Source: the human T2T-CHM13v2.0 reference genome, Homo sapiens | Direction: 5' to 3' (one strand) | Assembly (NCBI RefSeq): GCF_009914755.1 | Contig: NC_060947.1 | Length of the DNA stretch: 64,000 bases | Shown: positions 27,597 through 64,000 of the stretch, in pieces | Numbering within the stretch: the first letter of the stretch is position 1 | Layout of the letters: the number at the start of each line of letters is the position of its first letter | Notes under the pieces: model-generated | Database searches by the model: none | What the model was told of the DNA's origin: nothing | Seen by the model: only the letters and a program-made list of their open reading frames with translations | Program-made: the position numbers and the translations under genes

Positions 27597-28810
27597 AAGC
27601 CTGATATTTAAGGAGCTGGCTGTCTGTTTCCCAAAGGCTTCTCCTAGAGGGCAGTAATTCTGCTACATTATGTGGAGTATAAACAGTTAAGCCATTTCCC
27701 AGGGTTAATTTGGTGGCCTCTGGTACCAGTAGGGCCACTGTTGCAACTGCTCAGTGGCATGCGAGCCATCTTTTAGCCACCAGATCAAGTTTCTTACTCA
27801 GGTAGTAACTTACTCGGCCTTACACTTGCTGTTGATCTGGTTCTCGGGCTTGAGTTAAAACTCCCAGGGCTATTCGCTTCCTTTCAGATGCATAAAGATT
27901 GAAGGTCCTCCCTACAGGAAAGCTGAGTGCTTGAGTAAGCTTTAAGTGCCTTAAGTAAGCCTTGTTTTAACTGATTAAAGGCATTTTGAGTTTCAGGTTT
28001 CCAGGTTAGGAATTGAGATTTAGCCACTTGAGTTTCTTTCATGAGGTGATATAAGGGGCAAGGTATCTAACCATACTCAGGTATCCATAGTCTGCAAAAC
28101 CCTGTAATGCCCCAAAATTCTCTCAGTTGCTTGATGGTTTTAGGAAAGGGGAAAGAGAAAATGGGTTTAGTCTTTTATTTCCCCAATGCTCTGGTTCTTT
28201 CAGACAATACTAAACCCAAACACTGAGGTTTGGCAAAGCTGGGCCTTGGATTTTGAAACCTCATATCCTCTGTTATTTAAGAAATTAGGAACTTCAGTGC
28301 CTTCCTGAGAAGCTTCTTCAGTTAGGGAACTGAACAGAACAGATGACAGAACAGAATGTCATCTACATATTGTAAACCCCTGACCTGAGGATGGGAAAAC
28401 TCAGAGAGATTATTTGACAGTTCCTGTCCAAACAAGTGAGGACTATCTGGAAATCGCTGAGGCAGTTGTTCATGTTGTCTGGGCAGTTTGGCCAGAGGGA
28501 TCTTCAAAACAAATGGGTATTGAGAATGAGGATATAATGGTATACTGAAAAGGGCATCCTTTAGATCTAGGACTGTGAACCACTTTCTTCCCTCAGGTAT
28601 TTGAGTCAGCAAGGTATAGGAATTAAGAACCACCAGAAGAATGGCCTCATTAATGAGACAAAGGTCCTGAACTAGTCTCCATTCCCCATTGGGTTTTGCA
28701 CTCCTAATATTGTTGTGTTGCAGAAGCTGCTACAGGATTTAAGATGACTCTGCATTTTCAGGTTTTTCACAATGGTTTCTAGCCCCTTTCTAGCCTCTGG
28801 CATTAGGAAA

Positions 28811-29235
28811 TATTGTCTCTGGTTATTAAAAGAAGTGGGATCCTTATGATGGATTTGGACTGGCCTAGTGTTTACAGCTCAACTTATTCTTCCTTGGGTT
28901 GCCCACACTTCTGGATTAATATTAGCTTCCACTGGGGGAGACAAAGAGTTTGTCCTGGGGCCATAAAGATGCTGGCCCCCATGCAAGCTAAAATGTCTCT
29001 ACTTCATAAGGGAGTGGAACTTTCAGGCATGATTAAGAAGGCATGGTCCCCCCAACTATGACTAAGGTGTTGAGAAAAATATTGTGTTAAAATTTCTCCT
29101 GAGACACCCATCAGGGTCATGCTATGGAAAGATGGGGGGCCTGGATTGGAGAGAAGAGAGAGATTTGCTCATGTATCTAGAAGGGGTTCCACCCTCTTTT
29201 CTTCAATTTCCAGAGACCTGGGCGTCCTTAGCATT
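28811..29235 (-). pseudogene. pro: ERV protease, decayed
   Basis: LLDT*A (DTGA with G mutated to stop) near 29165-29185. Confidence 0.75.
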
Positions 29236-31103
<1,868 letters not shown>

Positions 31104-32636
31104 CTAGAAAAATAGAGAGGCAACCCTCTGCTCCTTCTTCACTTTGGAATAGCCCAGGGTGGAGGGAAAGACAGTGGGAGCATCTCCCCTGTTGATTTTC
31201 CTCTTTGGTTCCTTGGGCCCCAGCATCTATTAAAGGTGCCACAATGGATGCAGGGATGACCCGCAAGTATGAATCTGGAAGAGCTGGGAGGTAGGATTAG
31301 TCATGCTTCCCCATTCAACTCTAGTCCTCCACTGGTGATTTCCCTTCGATTTCCTAGACTTGTGTGATCTGCATGGCTCCCTGAGAGGTAGATTTTGAGA
31401 AAGACTACATAACAATTACATCTGGGCAAGACCCCTTAATGGAGGAAATTTATTGAGTTGAGCTCTATATTCTGCTATTATGTCCTGGATTTATTTAGTA
31501 AGGGAAATTTATGTCTGGTTAATTTCCAGACATAAAATCACCTTACTATGTGAGTACCATTTTAATTGGATGAAGAATAGGTGTCTTAAAAGAACTTAGG
31601 GACCAAATGGCTGTTTTCCTGAAGATGTAGACAGTATTGAGGATAAATGTGGTTATGGAGGACAATTTTCTTCTCGTTGTTGAGTTTCCCAATTCACAGA
31701 AGAGGCATAAAGCCTGATCTCTAGTAGAGGGGCATAAAAAGGGAGAATTGGGAAACTAGAGGTTTTCAGCACTGACAAGATCCCTCATGGACAGGATTCA
31801 TATTCCACGAGGTGGCGCTGTAGACCTTAAAATACCAGGCAGTAGCTTTGTATCCATGTGCTCTCTAGACAAAAGAGAGAGAGAAAGAAATGTTCCTGGG
31901 GATGTGGGGGCACTCTTTTCCTAGAAAATCACAAAAACGTCAATCACTTGAGCTGTGTTCCAAGTTACTATGGCATTTGTTGATCCTGTATAACAGAATT
32001 ATTTCTCTGAACTGTAAAAATTCCCACAGCATTGCATACAGAGAGGGGATAGGAGACACAGTCACTGAAATAAAAGAAGGAAATTGCAGTAGTAAAAGCT
32101 CAGAGATCTTATTGTGAAGCTTGGAGATCCTGTTGCCAAAGCCCAATGAGCTGTGAGGAGCTCGAGTTGGTCCAGAAGCCTTCACTTAACACTGGGGTGT
32201 GGCCCTGGCCAGAAACTGTAATTTGCCTCTAGACCTCTTCCAGACCTATGCAATGGCTAGGCTCTCTGTGAAGGAAAACTGGTTCAAAACAAAGCCAACA
32301 TTCACAACACCCTGAGGGTTCTGGGGAATTAGCTATGTTCTCCCCAGCAAGCCTGCCATCTATTTCTTTAGACCAACAGCTGCACTAACCACATCTAGGT
32401 GGCTGACTGATACCTGTTTTTTTGTTTTTTGCTTTTTGTTTTCATTTTTTGCTTGATTTTAAAATTGAGGAGAGGAGACCCTGGAAGTAAAAGTAGAGAG
32501 TTGGGCCCGGCTCCTATATTCACTCTTTCAATGAACCTAAATTGGGTCCTTGGCAATCCCCCACAAGGAAGTTGCCTAATTATTTGGGGTGACATTTATA
32601 GACAAACCATGGCCCAGAGGGGATTTCATCTCTTTT
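31104..32636 (-). other. ERV 5' leader (~1.5 kb)
   Basis: Lies between the 5' LTR and the gag ATG; no L1/Alu similarity seen. Confidence 0.7.
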
Positions 32637-33247
32637 CTGAGGTTCATTGTCTCACGGCCACAAGATCAAGGATGCAAACACACAAAGAGTGAGGTTAAGA
32701 ACAGAAATTTAATAGACAAAATGAAGATAATAGCTATCTACTACAGAGAGGGGTCCTGGAAAAATGAGTTGCTGATCCACTGTTAAATGCAGGCTGTTTT
32801 ATAGATGAGCCAGTGGGGTGGTGGTGTCTTATCTACACAGGGTGTGAAAAACTGGTCATAATCAGATGTGCCATCTGCATAGGGTGGGAATCTCTGGCAG
32901 TCCTCACGCCAATATTTTATTATGCAATTGGGTTCTCTGCCTGAGCTTCTCCATGTTTCCCATTTCCTTCTTATTGTACATGTGCTAACAAAAAAAAGGA
33001 AGGTGAAACTTCCATGGTGGACATGCCTGGCCTCCAGGTAGCCCTTTTCTAATGGCACAGCTGCCAGCATTTCCTCATGTAAACTTCCAGCTTTCTTATA
33101 TATGTTTGCAGCTCGATCTTTCAGGCTGTTCTTTGTTGTTAGAAAAAAAAAATTTTCTGAGCTGCTTTTAGCTAGAAGGGAAGTTCTGCTGAATACTCAT
33201 TTGCCCTCACTATCTGCCTAAATAATGTCTTTCTATCTCCTGTATCA
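32637..33247 (-). repeat. 5' LTR, lacking its U5 terminus
   Basis: Minus strand starts TGATACAGGAGATAGAAAGAC; homology to the 3' LTR stops ~28 bp short of the CA end. Confidence 0.9.
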
Positions 33248-35295
33248 ATGCTGCTAGTAGATGTTCTTTGGTGCCTGGCCACTGAAGAGTTAGGTATTTA
33301 TAATAGTGTTTATGGCATGGGATTGTTTGTATCTGTCCTTTTTCAGATGACTTTTCAGATATTCAAAAGGACTAGAATATTGTGATCTAAGCTGTATCTG
33401 CTTTAGGGAGTAACCCAAGTCCAGTAACATTGTGGTTATACAGACTCATAGAGGTACCATCATGATGATTTGGGACAAGTTCCAGGAGAATTATTTGGAT
33501 TACCAGGCAGAGATATTTGTTCTCTTCCCTTATTTTCTCCCCCCAAAATGTAGTCTTTCTCTCAGTTCTGAACCACTTTAAGCTGGGAGTAAAATGACAT
33601 AAGCATCCCTGTGGCCGCCACCACTATGACAATTTTGAGTTGGACCTTAAGCCAGCACAGCACTGTGTCTTGACCAAGGCATGCTGTTAACACTTGCTGA
33701 CTACTCTCTATGTTTGCTCAAGGTCCTGGGCCTCTACAATCAGTAGGTGCCAAGGCCAACCAGGCCTATGTCTTTTCCTTCAGGGCAGTGAGTTCCCCCA
33801 TTTCTTTAGTTGGTCCAGAGATGCTCTCTGGTAGTCAGGGTCTACAGTGAAAAATATTAGAGTCCTATCTGATGATCTGTTTTACTTAACCTGAGCTGGC
33901 ACTCAAAACACAAGATGCAATTCTTCCCATTCTTTCCTCTGTTTACCAAAGGCAGAGAAGCTTCACTTCTTAGCTACCACCACCACAGGCCATGTGGAGA
34001 GCTGCCAGACAATGGCCAATGTTTTCTTAAGCCCCAAGGGCTTTTGATATCAGCTTGTGATGAAGGCTGCTTTTCCTGGGATTCAGTTTTCAGGGCAATG
34101 TGTTCCCCTCTGGCCCAGGGCAGGTCCAGAAATGCCAGACAAGATCCAAATCCTGGAATCAGATACCCCAAGAGCCCACGTGGTGCTCTACCCCCTGTAG
34201 CCAAGCTGGTACCTAAGTTGTAAGACAAAGTTCCCTTTACTTTTTTCTCTACTTTTCTCAATTAGAAAGAGTTTTACCCTATGGTCACAGCAACTAAGAA
34301 TCTACTAAGTCTCACTTAAAACCAGCAAGTCTAAGAGGCTCACTTAAGGTCCTCAATGAAGTGCCCATGTATTGCTGTTAGTTTTTCAGGGTCCAAGTTC
34401 TCCTCAGTTAGCAAGTGATGAATGCTTCCAGAAATGGGGTTTTTCCTTCAAGATTTTGGGTTTCCCTCTGGGCCACAATTTGTCTAGAAATGTAATCCAA
34501 GAACTAGGGCCTAGAACCTCACAACTCTGACCAGTGCACTATTGTGCTGTGGCTGATTGTATCCAAGATGTAAGACAAAGTCCTCCCCCACTCTTCCCTC
34601 TCCTCTCCTCAAGTGAAAAGAAGAGATCTCTTTTGAAGCCACAAGCTATGCCGTCTGGGGCTAGGGAAAGGGTACTTCCATCACTTTCTTAGCTGCCACA
34701 GCTGGTGCCCCACTAGGTTGTGTAACCCCTCTCCTTGTTCACTGTATCTGGGCTCAGTTCAACCATGGGGCTCACCTAAGAGTTGAAGTAACTATGGTCT
34801 AGACTGCCTTTCAGGTTTCTTAGAGACCCAGAGTATTTTATCCCTCGGTGGTGAGGCTTTCCGAAACTCAAGCTCTAACCACTGGATCTGGTAATTTCTT
34901 TCTAGTTAGGGCTTGTTTATATGCTCCTTCTGTGGGTGGGTGTCAGCTGAGTTTGATCCTGTTTTCATTTTTGCTCTAACAGCACAGCACTGAGTTAAAC
35001 ACATCAAAATTGCTGATCTCTCTCTCCTAAAGTGTCCAGAAGTCCTTTCTACACCATGCCACTGCTGCTGGGGTTTGAGGGAGATGTGGCATTTGCAATT
35101 CAAGACTGTTTTGCTACCTCTTTAGTACCTCTTTCATTGATATGAAGTTAAAACTTAGTACTACGAAAGCTCACCTAATAACTTAGTTTTTATGAAGGTT
35201 GTGTGTGTGTGTGTGTGTGTGTGTAGATAGTTGTCAAATTTGTTTCTTTGCAGTGAGGACATTCAGCGCAGCCTTTTACTCCACCATTATGTTCA
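33248..35295 (-). mobile_element. 5' region/5'UTR of the old L1M1-like element, with ~330-bp monomer repeats
   Basis: Continues the sequence broken at 14111; recurring units (ttccttcagggcag.., gtaagacaaag) at ~33770/34085/34440 and 34220/34570; ends in a degraded CAAGATGG-like start near 35290. Confidence 0.75.
35199..35224 (+). repeat. (GT)n microsatellite
   Basis: Direct reading. Confidence 0.9.
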
Positions 35296-35364
35296 ACAAC
35301 CCTCGACATTGACAATTTTTGTATGTTGCACATTCCTTGCATCTCAGAGATAAATCCCAATATA

Positions 35365-41514
<6,150 letters not shown>

Positions 41515-41860
41515 AGATTCCACTGTATTTTTATATATCTTTTTAATGTGCTGTTGAATTTGGTTAGCTAATATTTTGTTGAAAAATTTTGCACCAAACT
41601 CAGCAGAGTTATTTGTCTGTAGTGTTTTTTCTCATGGTGTCTTTGATTTTATTTGGCATTAGAGTGATGCTGGCCTTATGTGTTTGGAAGTCTTCCCTCC
41701 TTTTTCTTTTTCTTACAACAATTAAAAAGGATTGGTATTAATTCTTAATATTTGGTAAAATTGACCTGTGAATCCATCTGGCCCTGTATTTTTTGTTTGT
41801 GTGAGTATTTGATTACTGATTCAATTTCCATATTTGTTATTGGTCTGCCCAGGCTTTTTG
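41515..41860 (-). mobile_element. Old L1M ORF2 fragment (continues from 35306-35364)
   Basis: tctttttaatgtgctgttgaatttggttagctaatattttgttg is diverged L1 RT-proximal sequence. Confidence 0.75.
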
Positions 41861-41867
41861 TTTCTTC

Positions 41868-50008
<8,141 letters not shown>

Positions 50009-50267
50009 CTAGTGTTTTTGCCCATTGGTTTTGTATTCCAAGAATTTGCTGAAGTTGTTTGTCAGCTTAAGAAGCTTTTGGGTTGAGACTATGGGTTTTT
50101 CTAGTTACAGGATTATGTCATCTGCAAACAGGGATAGTTGGAATTTCTCTATTCATATTTGGATGCCTTTTATTTCTTTATTTTGCCTGATTTTCCTGGC
50201 CAGAACTTTTAATACTATGTTGAATAGAAGTGGTGAGAGATGATATCTTTGTCTTCTGCCAGTTTTC
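50009..50267 (-). mobile_element. Resumed L1PA13-like host fragment (RT FADD region)
   Basis: gtcatctgcaaacagg = LFADD on the minus strand. Confidence 0.8.
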
Positions 50268-53563
<3,296 letters not shown>

Positions 53564-54229
53564 TTTTTGTTTTAGAAGTCTTTTTATTTTTTATTTTTTA
53601 ACGTTTTACAATTTATTTTTTTATTTTTATTTTTATTTTTAATTATACTTTAAGTTTTAGGGTATATGTGCACATTGTGTTGATTAGTTACATATGTATA
53701 CATGTGCCATACTGGTGCGCTGCACCCACTAACTTGTCATCTAGCATTAGGTATATCTCCCAATGCTATCCCTCCCCCCTCCCCCCACCCCACAACAGTC
53801 CCCAGAGTGTGATATTCCCCTTCCTGTGTCCATGTGATCTCATTGTTCAATCCCCACCTATGAGTGAGAATATGCGGTGTTTGGTTTTTTGTTCTTGCGA
53901 TAGTTTACTGAGAATGATGATTTCCAATTTCATCCATGTCACTACAAAGGACATGAACTCATCATTTTTTATGGCTGCATAGTATTCCATGGTGTATATG
54001 TGCCGCATTTTCTTAATCCAGTCTATCATTGTTGGACATTTGGGTTGGTTCCAAGTCTTTGCTATTGTGAATAATGCCGCAATAAACATACATGTGCATG
54101 TGTCTTTATAACAGCATGATTTATAGTCCTTTGGGTATATACCCAGTAATGGGATGGCTGGGTCAAATGGTATTTCTACTTCTAGATCCCTGAGGAATTG
54201 CCACACTGACTTCCACAATGGTTGAACTA

Positions 54230-55733
<1,504 letters not shown>

Positions 55734-56659
55734 TTATTGCCCATTCTATATGATATTGGCTGTGGGTTTGTCATAGACAGCTCTTATTATTTTGAGATAC
55801 GTCCCATCAATACCTGATTTATTGAGAGATTTTAGCATGAAGTGCTGTTGAATTTTGTCAAAGGCCTTTTCTGCATCTATTGAGATAAGCATGTGGTTTT
55901 TGTCTTTGGTTCTGTTTATATGCTGGATTACATTTATTGATTTGTGTATATTGAACCAGCCTTGCATCCCAGGGATGAAGCCCACTTGTTCATGGAAGAT
56001 AATCTTTTTGATGTGCTGCTGGATTCTGTTTGCCAGTATTTTGTTGAGGATTTTTGCATCAATGTTCATCAAGGTTATTGGTCTAAAATTCTCTTTTTTT
56101 GTGTGTCTCTGCCTGGCTTTGGTATCAGGATGATGCTGGCCTCATAAAATAAGTTAGAGAGGATTTCCTCTTTTTCTATTGATTGGAATAGTTTCCAAAG
56201 AGTGGAACCAATTCCTCCTTGTACCTCTAGTAGAATTCGACTGTCGAATCCATCTGGTCCTGGGCTCTTTTTGGTTGGTAAGCTATTGATTTTTGCCACA
56301 ATTTCAGAGCCTTTTATTGGTCTATTCAGAGAATCAACTTCTTCCTGGTTTAGTCTTGGGAGGGTGTATGTGTCGAGGAATTTATCCATTTCTTCTAGAT
56401 TTTCTAGTTTATTTCCATAGAGGTGTTTGTAGTATTCTCTGATTGTAGTTTGTATTTCTGTGCGATTGGTGGTGATATCCCCTTTATCATTTTTTATTGT
56501 GTTTATTTGATTCTTCTCTCTTTTTTTCTTTGTTAGTCTTGCTAGTGGTCTATCAATTTTGTTGATCCTCTCAAAAAACCAGCTCCTGGATTCATTAATT
56601 TTTTGAAGGGTTTTTTGTATCTCTATTTCCTTCTGTTCTGCTCTGATTTTAGTTATTTC

Positions 56660-57700
<1,041 letters not shown>

Positions 57701-59332
57701 TTAGTTGATGCAGTTTCTTCCTAGTCTCGATGGTCTTTACATTTTGGCATGATTTTGCAGTGGCTGGTACCGTTTGTTCCTTTCCATGTTTAGTGCTTCC
57801 TTCAGGAGCTCTTTTAGGGCAGGCCTGGTGGTGACAAAATCTCTCAGCATTTGCTTGTCTGTAAAGTATTTTATTTCTCCTTCACTTATGAAGCTTAGTT
57901 TGGCTGGATATGAAATTCTGGGTTGAAAATTCTTTTCTTTAAGAATGTTGAATATTGGCCCCCACTCTCTTCTGGCTTGTAGGGTTTCTGCCGAGAGATC
58001 CGCTGTTAGTCTGATGGGCTTCCCTTTGAGGGTAACCCGACCTTTCTCTCTGGCTGCCCTTAACATTTTTTCCTTCATTTCAACTTTGGTGAATCTGACA
58101 ATTATGTGTCTTGGAGTTGCTCTCCTCGAGGAGTATCTTTGTGGCGTTCTCTGTATTACCTGAGTCTGAACGTTGGCCTGCCTTGCTAGATTGGGAAAGT
58201 TCTCCTGGATAATATCCTGCAGAGTGTTTTCCAACTTGGTTCCATTCTCCCCATCACTTTCAGGTACACCATCAGACGTAGATTTGGTCTTTTCACATAA
58301 TCCCATATTTCTTGGAGGCTTTGCTTATTTCTTTTTATTCTTTTTTCTCTAAACTTCCCTTCTCACTTCATTTCATTCATTTCATCTTCCATTGCTGATA
58401 CCCTTTCTTCCAGTTGATCGCGTTGGCTCCTGAGGCTTCTGTATTCTTCATGTAGTTCTCGAGCCTTGGTTTTCAGCTCCATCAGCTCCTTTAAGCACTT
58501 CTCTGTATTGGTTATTCTAGTTATACATTCTTCTAAATTTGTTTCAAAGTTTTCAACTTCTTTGCCTTTGGTTTGAATGTCCTCCCATAGCTCAGAGTAA
58601 TTTGATCGTCTGAAGCCTTCTTCTCTCAGCTCATCGAAGTCATTCTCCATCCAGCTTTGTTCCATTGCTGGTGAGGAGCTTCGTTCCTTTGGAGGAGGAG
58701 AGGTGCTCTGCTTTTTAGTTTCCAGTTTTTCTGCTCTGTTTTTTCCCCATCTTTGTGGTTTTACCGACTTTTGATCTTTGGTGATGTTGATGTACAGATG
58801 GGTTTTTGGTGTGGATGTCCTTTCTGTTTGTTAGTTTTCCTTCTAACAGACAGGACCCTCAGCTGCAGGTCTGTTGGAGTTTGCTAGAGGTCCACTCCAG
58901 ACCCTGTTTGCCTGGGTACCAGCAGTGGTGGTTGTAGAACAGCAGATTTTCATGAACCGCGAATGCTGCTGTCTGAAGGTTCCTCTGGAAGTTTTGTCTC
59001 AGAAGAGTACCCGGCCGTGTGAAGTGTCAGTCTGCCCCTACTGGGGGGTGTCTCCCAGTTAGGCTGCTCGGGGTCAGGGGTCAGGGACCCACTTGAGGAG
59101 GCAGTCTGCCAGTTCTGAGATCTCCAGCTGCGTGCTGGGAGAACCACTGCTCTCTTCAAAGCTGTCAGACAGGGACATTTAAGTCTGCAGAGGTTACTGT
59201 TGTCTTTTTGTTGGTCTGTGCCCTGCCCCCAGAGGTGGAGCCTACAGAGGCAGGCAGGCCTCCTTGAGCTGTGGTGGGCTCCACCCAGTTCAAGCTTCCC
59301 AGCTGCTTTGTTTACCTAAGCAAGCCTGGGTA

Positions 59333-59407
59333 ATGGCGGGTGCCCCTTCCCCAGCCTTGCTGCTGCCTTGCAGTTTGATCTCCGACTGCTGTGCTAGCAA
59401 CCAGTGA
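59333..59407 (+). pseudogene. L1 antisense ORF0 truncated at codon 25
   Basis: MAGAPSPALLLPCSLISDCCASNQ* (TGA where ORF0 has CGA). Confidence 0.75.
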
Positions 59408-59591
59408 GACTCCGTGCGTGTAGGACCCTCTGAGCCAGGTGCGGGATATAATCTCCTGGTGCACCATTTTTTCAGCTCCTCTGAAAAGTGCAGTATAGGG
59501 ATGGGAGTGACCTGATTTTCCAGGAGCCTTCTGTCACCCCTTTCTTTGACTAGCAATGGGAACTCCCTGACTCCTTGTGCTTCCCAAGTGA

Positions 59592-60135
<544 letters not shown>

Positions 60136-60392
60136 CTCCCATTTTGTTCTTATTGGGCAGGATAGCTTGGGTTATGCTGAGTCTTTTTTGTTTTCATGTA
60201 AATTTTAAAATTATTTTTATTTCTGTGAAAACTATCATTTGTATTTTGATAAGGTTTGCATTGAATCTGTAGATTTCTCTGAGAAGTATTGTTATTTTAA
60301 TAACAGTGTTTCTTTAGATCCATGAACTTGAAATATCTTTCCATTTTCTTGTGTCCTTTTCAATTTCTTTCATCAGTGTTTTATAGTTTTTA

Positions 60393-60450
60393 TGTAGAGA
60401 TAAAACTTTATTTGTAGAGATAAAACTTTTATTGTAGAGATAAAACTTTC
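60393..60450 (+). repeat. Three tandem copies of a 20-bp unit tgtagagataaaactttatt
   Basis: Direct reading. Confidence 0.9.
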
Positions 60451-61356
60451 TCAATTAAGTTAATTCCTAAGTGATTTTAATTCTGGCCACTGAAAATGAG
60501 ATTACTTTTTGATTTCTTTTTCAGATGGTTCAGTGTTGGCATTTAGAAATGCTACTGATTTTTGTATCTTGATTTTGTGTTCTGCAACTTCACTAAATTT
60601 CTTTATCAGTTCTAAAAGTTTTTGTTCTAGTCTTTAGTTTTATCCAGATATAAGATTATATCATCTGCAAACAAGGATAATTTGTCTAGTTCCTGTCTAA
60701 TTAGGATGCCTTTTATTGTTTTCTCTTTTCTGGTTTCTCTAGCTAGAATTCCTGGTACTATATTGAATAAAAGTGTTGACAGTAGGAATCCTTATCAGGT
60801 TACAGGTAGTAAAAGAAAGGCTTGCAGATTTTTTCCCATTAATTTTTATACTAGCTCTGGGTCGGTCACATATGGTTTTTATAGTACTGAGGTATGTTTC
60901 CTCTATACATAACTTTTGAGGGTTTCTTATTATAAGGAATGTTGAATTTTATTAAATTCCTTCTCAACATGAATTGATGTAATTATATGTTTTTTTCCTT
61001 TATGCTGCTGATATGATGTATCACATTGATTAACTTGCATACAGAGAAATATATTGCATTCTTTGGATAAAACCCACTTAATCTTGATGAAGATTTTTAA
61101 TCTATTGTTGAATTCTGTTTGCTAGCATTTTGTTAAGAATTTTTGCATATTCGTCTGTAGTTTTCTTTTTTGGGGTGTCTTTGTCCGATTTTAGTATTCG
61201 GGTAATATTGGCCTTACAGAATAAATCTGTTATTATTCACTAATTTTCCTGTATTTTTTAGAGTACTTTGAGTCAGATTGGTGTCAGTTTTTCTTTAATT
61301 GTTTGGTGTAAAATTTAGCAGTGAAACCATCAGGTCCCAGACTTTAAACTATTGAG

Positions 61357-64000
<2,644 letters not shown>

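Larger units (their letters stand above)
26673..28810 (-). pseudogene. pol: ERV pol RT and RNase H, decayed; interrupted by an Alu
   Basis: WFTVLDLKDA, LPQRF, YVDD (28358-28369), DGSS and YSDSKY (ORF 26706-27020). Confidence 0.92.

Noticed and set aside
33019-33028. p53 response element in the 5' LTR (GGACATGCCT)
   Set aside because: Only one consensus half-site with no good adjacent partner; degraded in the 3' LTR
60393-60450. Short direct repeats resembling a CRISPR-like array
   Set aside because: Head-to-tail 20-bp triplication with no spacers, inside an old L1

Overview
This is primate (human or great-ape-like) genomic DNA made almost entirely of nested retroelements. I found no host gene exon, RNA gene, CRISPR array or prokaryotic system. 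It holds about 13 LINE-1 copies or fragments (old L1M-type through L1PA13/8/7/6/5/3/2-like; subfamily calls are from remembered diagnostic motifs), six Alus, and one decayed ERV1-class provirus (LTR-gag-pro-pol-env-LTR, minus strand, 14112-33247) split by L1 and Alu insertions. Almost all ORFs in the track are broken L1 ORF1/ORF2 pieces, ERV gag/pol/env pieces, or antisense shadows of these. The most notable structures are: an L1PA2-like insertion with both a twin-priming inversion and a 100-bp 3' transduction (the only clearly non-repeat DNA I could find); a provirus whose env SU looks MER34/HEMO-like on a HERV-W/9-like backbone; L1 insertions lacking TSDs with apparent target deletions; two independent events losing nearly the same L1 interval; a 133-bp copy of an L1's own 5'UTR inside its ORF1; two tandem L1s sharing private variants; and open ORF0-like frames in older L1s. 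I do not see evidence for a new biological system.
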